From Candidatus Woesearchaeota archaeon (lineage in GTDB: Archaea > Nanobdellota > Nanobdellia > Woesearchaeales > 21-14-0-10-32-9): DNA of 62,746 nucleotides. A model generated the notes under the pieces. It did not search any database, had not been told where the DNA came from, and saw only the letters and a list, made by a program, of their open reading frames with translations. Below are positions 56,799 to 62,746 of the stretch, piece after piece. Made by a program: the position numbers and the translations under genes. The stretch lies in contig JAIPHP010000004.1 in assembly GCA_021735165.1 (NCBI GenBank), forward strand, positions 1 through 62,746. The letters are read 5' to 3'. Every line of letters begins with the position of its first letter. Position 1 is the first letter of the stretch.

Positions 56799-58349
56799 TC
56801 ACAAAAACTTTCTTAATACTTTCCTAGGTTTACTTAAGTCCAAACCTATTTTCTTTTCAATAACAAGCATCAAGTCGAAGTCGTCTTGAGAAAATGTTTT
56901 CGTTGCAAATAACAAAAATACAAAGAAAGCAGAATATATTATTCCTGCGATAATAAGCTGCGCAATTAAGTGAATCGGAGTTAATGCAAACAACAGGAAC
57001 ACACCTTTAGTAATTACTCCTGAAATTATTCCTGAAAAAAGAATTTTCAGTACAGACCCAAATTCAAATTTAACCATAATAAGTTTTTGAGAATAAACAT
57101 ATTCAGAAATTCTTAGCAGAAGAAGACTTAGCCCTGAAGCTAGAGCAACACCAATAATTCCAAAGATATTTACAAAAAATAAATTTAAACATAAATTGAA
57201 TATTGCCCACATAAGATTATTATAAAACAGGAATTTTGACTTTTTCTTTATAAGAACAGGAATATAATAAAAGGCGAATATGTTAACAATGCTAAAAAAC
57301 ACAGACAAGATTATCAAAGACATAGAGCCACTCAAAAATTCTTCTCCAAACAAAATAAAAATTATTTGATTTGAAAATAATACCAGAAGAACAGAACCAA
57401 AAATTGTCGCGCCAAAAACCCATATCGTTGTTCTTGAAAATATTTTCTTATAGTCTGCAGAAGACTTGTAATACGTCTTAGTTAAAGTTGGCATAAGTAA
57501 GCTTCCAAACAAACTTGGAATAAATAGAAGAAATGCAGCTAACGAGTAAGCTATACCATAAATTCCTACAGCTGAAGAATCGATGAATCCTGCAAGAACG
57601 AAGTTGTCTGTCCAGCTCAAAACATAAGCCATCAATCCCATTAGCATAAGGGGAAGGGAAAAAAACAACCATTCTTTTGTTTTAAAAATAGGTTTACTTA
57701 TTATTCGCTTATAATCCTTAATATAAAATAGCAAGTAAAGCAGGAAACTTAAAGAAATAGAAAATACTAAACCTACAACCATAAAAATCAGTTCTAAATT
57801 CAGAAGAATTATTATTCCTATTGTTGCAAGCAGAATTATTCTTTCTAGAACATTGTAGGAAAATACCGCTTTAAATGGGTTGTTTGTAGAGAAAAAATAG
57901 TATGTAAAAAACGAGTTTATAGTTCTAAAAGGTATTGCAATAACAAGAATCTTCAAAAGAAAACTAAATTCTGAAGGAAGATTAAAAATTTCACCTATAC
58001 CTTGTGCAAGCAAAAAGAGAATCGCAGACACCACAATCGAAACAACAAGAGGCCAACCTATTGCAAATATTCTGTAGCCTTTAAGTTCTCTGAACTTCTT
58101 CTGTGAAATATAATAAGAAATATACCTTTGAACGCCGAACCCTATCCCCATATCTGCAAAAACAACAGCCAAGCCAAGTATCGTCATCAATATTTCAAAT
58201 ATTCCAAAATCTTCGGGTCCGAAGTATCTTGCTGCAAATAATTTAAAAAAAAACATCAGAACATAACCCATCATACCCAGTATAAAAGTTATTCCTGCAC
58301 CATACAATACTTGTTTTAATGCAGACATGTGTGTTGCTTCTTTAGTCAT
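56799..58349 (-). CDS. Wzx-like polysaccharide/oligosaccharide flippase
   Basis: About 12-14 TMs; ARYFGPEDFG, DNFVLAGF, VGIYGIAY. Confidence 0.9.
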   Translation of the reverse strand: MTKEATHMSALKQVLYGAGITFILGMMGYVLMFFFKLFAARYFGPEDFGIFEILMTILGLAVVFADMGIGFGVQRYISYYISQKKFRELKGYRIFAIGWPLVVSIVVSAILFLLAQGIGEIFNLPSEFSFLLKILVIAIPFRTINSFFTYYFFSTNNPFKAVFSYNVLERIILLATIGIIILLNLELIFMVVGLVFSISLSFLLYLLFYIKDYKRIISKPIFKTKEWLFFSLPLMLMGLMAYVLSWTDNFVLAGFIDSSAVGIYGIAYSLAAFLLFIPSLFGSLLMPTLTKTYYKSSADYKKIFSRTTIWVFGATIFGSVLLVLFSNQIIFILFGEEFLSGSMSLIILSVFFSIVNIFAFYYIPVLIKKKSKFLFYNNLMWAIFNLCLNLFFVNIFGIIGVALASGLSLLLLRISEYVYSQKLIMVKFEFGSVLKILFSGIISGVITKGVFLLFALTPIHLIAQLIIAGIIYSAFFVFLLFATKTFSQDDFDLMLVIEKKIGLDLSKPRKVLRKFL

Positions 58350-58355
58350 TTTAAC

Positions 58356-59630
58356 CTATAGAGAAAAATAGTTTATATTTTCTTTGTTTATCTTATCAAA
58401 AGCGCCTTTGATATCAAAGAACAGGAGTTTATCAGAGTCTTTTATGACTAACAGTTTTTCGATATCTTTTAAGTATTCTTTATGAGGAACTGTCATAATA
58501 ACACAATCAACGCCAAAAATTTCATTCAGTGGCGTGTTTTTTACACCAAATTTCTCTTCATCAATTTGCTCTTGTGTTAAAAGAGGATCATTTGCAATAA
58601 CCTGCAAACCATATTCTTTGAGTTCTTTAATCAAATCTTTTGCCTTACTATTACGAGGATCATTCACATTTTCCTTAAATGAAAGACCCAACACTAAGAC
58701 TTTACATACAGATATATTTTTTTGCTTTTTAATAAGCTCTTTTACTATTCTGTCCACAACATTTTTTGCCATCGAGTCATTTATTTCTCTTCCCGCAAGA
58801 ATCACTCGTGGAGTATGCCCTAGTTCTAAGGCTTTATATGTTAGATAATAGGGATCTACACCTATACAATGACCACCCACCAAGCCAGGAGTATACTTGT
58901 GAAAATTCCATTTTGTTCCTGCAGCTTCAATTACGTCCTTTGTGTTAATTCCGAGTTTTTCGAATATTATGGATAATTCATTCATTAAAGCAATATTCAA
59001 ATCTCTTTGGACATTTTCTATAACTTTGGCTGCTTCTGCAACTTTTATAGAAGGTGCTTTGTGTATTCCTGCAGGTATAACAGATGAATAAACTTCAGAT
59101 ATTGTATCAAGAGCTTCAGAATCGCTTCCCGAAACAACTTTCATAATCTTATCAGGTGTGTGTTCTTTGTCACCAGGATTTATTCTTTCTGGAGAGAATC
59201 CTATTTTGAAATCTATTCCAAGTTTCAGACTGGATTCTTTTTCTAAAATAGGCACACATATATCTTCTGTGACTCCTGGATATACTGTGCTTTCGTATAC
59301 AACAATTGAGCCGGGAGACAGGTTTCTTCCGACTAGTTTGGAAGCTTTTTCTACACAAGACATGTCTGGTTTTTTGTGTTCATCGACAGGTGTTGGTACT
59401 GCAATTATAATAAAATCAGATTTTTTTATATTTGCAGGATTATCTGTAAAAAAGATGTTTGCTTTTTTTATTTCATCTCCGACTTCCCTTGTGGGATCCA
59501 TACCTTTTTGAAAGGATTCAATCTTGGCTTTGTTTATGTCAAAACCTGTTATCCTTTGCTTCTTTCCAAATAAAACTGCTAGTGGCAAACCAACATAGCC
59601 CAGACCCACAACACATATTTTACGAGACAT
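58356..59630 (-). CDS. UDP-N-acetylhexosamine 6-dehydrogenase (WbpO/TviB-like)
   Basis: GLGYVG, VPTP, ESTVYPG, SPERINPG, AKVIEN, GHCIGVDPYY, FKENVND. Confidence 0.93.
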   Translation of the reverse strand: MSRKICVVGLGYVGLPLAVLFGKKQRITGFDINKAKIESFQKGMDPTREVGDEIKKANIFFTDNPANIKKSDFIIIAVPTPVDEHKKPDMSCVEKASKLVGRNLSPGSIVVYESTVYPGVTEDICVPILEKESSLKLGIDFKIGFSPERINPGDKEHTPDKIMKVVSGSDSEALDTISEVYSSVIPAGIHKAPSIKVAEAAKVIENVQRDLNIALMNELSIIFEKLGINTKDVIEAAGTKWNFHKYTPGLVGGHCIGVDPYYLTYKALELGHTPRVILAGREINDSMAKNVVDRIVKELIKKQKNISVCKVLVLGLSFKENVNDPRNSKAKDLIKELKEYGLQVIANDPLLTQEQIDEEKFGVKNTPLNEIFGVDCVIMTVPHKEYLKDIEKLLVIKDSDKLLFFDIKGAFDKINKENINYFSL

Positions 59631-60546
59631 AGTAATTCACCGTTTTTTCTAAACCTTTTGAAAAAGAATACTTAGGAGAATAACCAATAAGCATTTTTGC
59701 TTTTGAAATGTCCGCGAGGCTGTGTTTTATGTCGCCAACACGTTCATCAACATAAGTTGTTTCAACAGTTTTACTGAGAATTTTCTTAATATGATCTACT
59801 AACTCATTTAGAGTTATCCTATTGCCACAAGCAATATTAATGATTTCTCCTGAAACATTTTCAGCTTTGGTTGCGAGCATTATTGCTTCAACCACATTAC
59901 CCACATAGGTAAAGTCTCTGGACGTTAATCCATCACCATATATTGTAGGAGATTTGTCTTCAGAAATCAGTTTAATAAATTTTGGAATAACCGCTGAATA
60001 CTCTGAATGTGGATCTTGTCTAGGTCCGAACACATTAAAAAATCTCAGTCCAATAATATTCATATTAAATAATTTACAATAAAGCTTTGCATATTGTTCA
60101 TCAGTATATTTTTGAACAGCATATAATGATAATGGATTAGGAGCCATAGTTTCTTCTTTAGGCAGTTTGGGAGAATCTCCATATACCGAACTTGAGCTTG
60201 CAAAAATAATTCGTTTCACACCTGCCAGTCTAGCCGCCTCAAAAACAGAAAGAGTTCCGGTAATATTATTTTTATTTGAACCTAAAGGATCTTTTATGCT
60301 TCTTGGAACAGAAGGCAAAGCTGCTAAATGCACAACACAGTCAACATTCTCAAATAGGGAAACTAATTCTTCCGTATCAATAATGTCTTGTTCATAAAAA
60401 GAAATTTTATCTTCAAAAGCAAAAATATTCTCTTTTTTTCCAGTTAATAAATTGTCAACGACTTTGACATCTAAACCAACAAAAACCAAGTGTTCAACTA
60501 CATGACTTCCTATGAATCCAGCTCCACCAGTAACTAAAAATTTCAT
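59620..60546 (-). CDS. UDP-GlcNAc 4-epimerase (WbpP/TviC-like)
   Basis: TGGAGFIGS, AALPSVPRS, ASSSSVYG, YAVQK, RFFNVFGPRQDP. Confidence 0.9.
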   Translation of the reverse strand: MKFLVTGGAGFIGSHVVEHLVFVGLDVKVVDNLLTGKKENIFAFEDKISFYEQDIIDTEELVSLFENVDCVVHLAALPSVPRSIKDPLGSNKNNITGTLSVFEAARLAGVKRIIFASSSSVYGDSPKLPKEETMAPNPLSLYAVQKYTDEQYAKLYCKLFNMNIIGLRFFNVFGPRQDPHSEYSAVIPKFIKLISEDKSPTIYGDGLTSRDFTYVGNVVEAIMLATKAENVSGEIINIACGNRITLNELVDHIKKILSKTVETTYVDERVGDIKHSLADISKAKMLIGYSPKYSFSKGLEKTVNYYVS

Positions 60547-60851
60547 TAATACAAAAACAGAAGAGGACTATATAAAAGTTTTTAGTAAATTTCTATTTAT
60601 ATTCCATATTGTAATTAATTATTCTGTTCTGTAGTCATAATTAATAAACAAAAAAACAAAAAAAACATGTGCTTACATACTTCAGTTCAAATATAAACAA
60701 CATTTAGTGATAGAAAGGAAATAAGACCATTAAAATGATCAATAAAGATTATTTCAAACCTTAAATTTCAAAAAAAATATTATTTTACCAAAGAAAAAAA
60801 CGAAAATATCCACAAAAACATTTATAAACCAATATTGATTCCTAGATATTA

Positions 60852-60961
60852 GACGGTCAAAGCGACGTGGTTCCACCTGTTCCCATTTCGAACACAGAAG
60901 TTAAGCACGTCTACGTTCTGGTGCGTACTGCCCTTACGTGCGGGAGAGCCAGAAAGCTGTC
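60852..60961 (+). rRNA. rrf: 5S rRNA (stand-alone)
   Basis: Helix I GACGGT/GCTGTC, CCCATTTCGAACACAGAAGTTAAG, GTACTG...GGGAGA; TTTATAAA ~30 nt upstream and a T-run downstream. Confidence 0.95.
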
Positions 60962-61074
60962 ACCTTTTTTCTAATTTTTCTAATAATATAAAAAAAGTAT
61001 AAAAAATGTGTACTGCAACAAATTTAGTTGTGCAGCACACAATTCATGGTTTTAGGGGTTTGAACTGAGAAATA

Positions 61075-61287
61075 CTAGTTTTCTTCTACGAATTTTTCGA
61101 GTTCTTCATCAGCTTCCGATCTGACTTCCTCTTTGTTTGCAAGAACCGCTTCGTAGTATGCTAAAGGTCTTATTGTTACTATCTCGGTTCTATGTATCAG
61201 GTATTTTCCTGTTTTGCTCTTTGTAATAGTTGTTTTTATTACAGGCATCTGTTTTAGTTGTTCTTCTTTTTTATTACTTAATCCCAT
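61075..61287 (-). CDS. Small hypothetical protein
   Basis: Protein-like 70 aa (MPVIKTTITKSKTGKYLIHRTEIVTIRPLAYYEAVL); GGTGA RBS-like sequence upstream. Confidence 0.7.
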   Translation of the reverse strand: MGLSNKKEEQLKQMPVIKTTITKSKTGKYLIHRTEIVTIRPLAYYEAVLANKEEVRSEADEELEKFVEEN

Positions 61288-61516
61288 TTTTTATCACCTT
61301 ATTTTTGTATTTTGTTTTGTTAAAAATGTGTTTTGTTAGAAATTTCGGAAAATTCTATAGTTTTCAGGTTCAAAATCGGCTTTTTTTGAATATTTGCAAG
61401 AGCAAACAATTAAAATCACTCCTCAAAGTCCGTTTAGAAACGCAAGAATGCATCTAGCACATCCAGATACAAAAAATGTTAATTTTGTATTTTCATCAAG
61501 TGCATCCCGAATATCT

Positions 61517-61650
61517 GTATTACCTTGGAGCTCAATTACGAGGAACACAACGTGGAACGCGTTAAAGATCTGTGTTTCTTAGTAAAAAACTTAGACTGCA
61601 AAGCAACTAACAATACTCCGCAATACAAAAAAGAAAGACCTAAGGACACA
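61517..61650 (+). ncRNA. Dispersed structured element, copy 2
   Basis: Homologous to 32720-32851; stem GAGGAACAC/GTGTTTCTT, apical AACGTG-GAA-CGCGTT, hairpin TTAG-AC-TGC-AAA-GCA-A-CTAA. Confidence 0.6.
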
Positions 61651-61750
61651 CCCATTTTCATCCTAATCATCTCAAAAACAACAATAGTCACTTTTGAGTG
61701 GTATAAAATCGTAAAGTATTTAAAGTCTGTTCAATAATCTGTTAAAGACT

Positions 61751-62746
61751 ATGAGGAAAAAGAGTTTCTTTAGGAAAGGACTGGAAAAAATAATCTTAAC
61801 AGCATCAGGATTATTATTGCTAAACAGCATAAATACTTCTCAAACTACTAATTTAACGTTTTCAGGTGAAGTAAAGACTAAAACTGAAATGGAGAGGCCT
61901 TTGCAAGTACCAATAAACATAGAACAATTAGTCAGCGGCTCATGGCAACCAAGAACCAACACAACAAGCAACGAACAAGGCGAGTATGAAGTAAGTACTG
62001 TTATAACAGGCATGAAAGAACACCAAGCATTAACGCCAATGAACTACATAACTTTAGATAACAAGGGTTTTTTGTCTGCAACAGACAACACACAACTAAC
62101 ACACGCCGTGTACACATTACCTTTAATGCAAGAAATACTAAAAGAACAAATAAATCTAAAGCAAGGCAATAACGATTTGCCAAAAAACAATTTTCACGGA
62201 TTAGCCAACACCCATTATTTTGAAACATACAGCAACAAACACGGCATAATAAGCAGGCTCATAACAATCCAAAACAGCCAAATTACTCATGAAAGCGTAA
62301 AAGGAAACAGAACTATAAAAATGCCTGTGACCAACAGCAGAAATAATAATGATGATTTTGAGAAAGCACAAAAAACACAAGCCTCACAAGCTTCGCAGAA
62401 TTTTCAAAACTCCGATTCATTATACTTCAGAATAATAACAAACCCCAAAAACTTAGAAGGAAACCTAAAACAATACAAAGCAGACACCACGATAGCAAGC
62501 ACACCAAAAGATGCACCTACAAACATAACGAATCAAAAGCACAAACTAAACTTAAAAGACAACTACATATCAGTACAACTTTGGTACGTTACCAGCCTAG
62601 GAGAAATAAACGCAAACAAAGAACTACCAACAAACATTTCAGGCGTATTAGACACAACATTTTACTCCAACACAAACGGACTAATAGACATAACATTCAA
62701 AAAACCAAATACAGAAAACCAAGAAATAACAATCACATTCCCAAAC
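61751..62746 (+). CDS. Secreted/surface protein, truncated by window end (absent from the ORF track)
   Basis: ATG at 61751 opens a stop-free frame to the end of the window: MRKKSFFRKGLEKIILTASGLLLLNS signal-like start, then T/N-rich beta-type sequence; TTTAAA at ~61719. Confidence 0.8.
   Translation, partial: MRKKSFFRKGLEKIILTASGLLLLNSINTSQTTNLTFSGEVKTKTEMERPLQVPINIEQLVSGSWQPRTNTTSNEQGEYEVSTVITGMKEHQALTPMNYITLDNKGFLSATDNTQLTHAVYTLPLMQEILKEQINLKQGNNDLPKNNFHGLANTHYFETYSNKHGIISRLITIQNSQITHESVKGNRTIKMPVTNSRNNNDDFEKAQKTQASQASQNFQNSDSLYFRIITNPKNLEGNLKQYKADTTIASTPKDAPTNITNQKHKLNLKDNYISVQLWYVTSLGEINANKELPTNISGVLDTTFYSNTNGLIDITFKKPNTENQEITITFPN

Noticed and set aside
61394-61582. 62-aa ORF (VLPWSSITRNTT...) as a conserved peptide shared with copy 1
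   Set aside because: Four of 12 changed codons are synonymous, which is suggestive. However, copy 1 has an upstream stop and no start codon, and nucleotide conservation continues ~65 nt beyond the stop. Kept only as a minor alternative.
61525-61737. 70-aa ORF over copy 2 of the repeat as a real gene
   Set aside because: The equivalent frame in copy 1 has an in-frame TGA (LESN*EKH), and substitutions fit base pairing better than codons.
1-62746. CRISPR array or cas genes
   Set aside because: No regularly spaced direct repeats and no Cas motifs seen.

Overview
AT-rich archaeal chromosome segment, most consistent with a DPANN lineage (Woesearchaeota-like). Support: archaeal DnaG, RFC-L, AglB, an intron-containing tRNA-Trp, an unlinked 5S rRNA and Ig/PKD surface proteins; the taxonomy is inferred from gene content only. 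The left half (1-31 kb) holds housekeeping genes (scpB, ttuA plus a ThiS-like carrier, RPA-like OB protein, dnaG, cyclophilin, Fic, rfcL, ychF, tRNA-Trp) and a surface-protein cluster. The right half (31.5-60.5 kb) holds a geranylgeranyl reductase and a ~28 kb AglB-anchored glycosylation locus, followed by 5S rRNA and a truncated secreted protein. Best leads: (1) a bacterial-type replisome-derived cassette at 10.6-16.8 kb, made of a catalytically dead DnaG-like primase, a PD-(D/E)xK plus DEDD double nuclease, a DnaB-like ATPase lacking the usual arginine-finger motif, and two proteins ending in a QLxL clamp-motif-like tail; (2) a ~133-nt non-coding element present twice (32720-32851 and 61517-61650) with covarying hairpins; (3) a sharp strand-composition inversion at ~31.4 kb over a cluster of palindromes; (4) a beta-barrel-like protein in an archaeon; (5) an SIS/Rpe/nucleotidyltransferase-kinase/HAD operon suggesting an unusual nucleotide-sugar pathway. 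All family calls come from motif recognition by eye; no searches were run.
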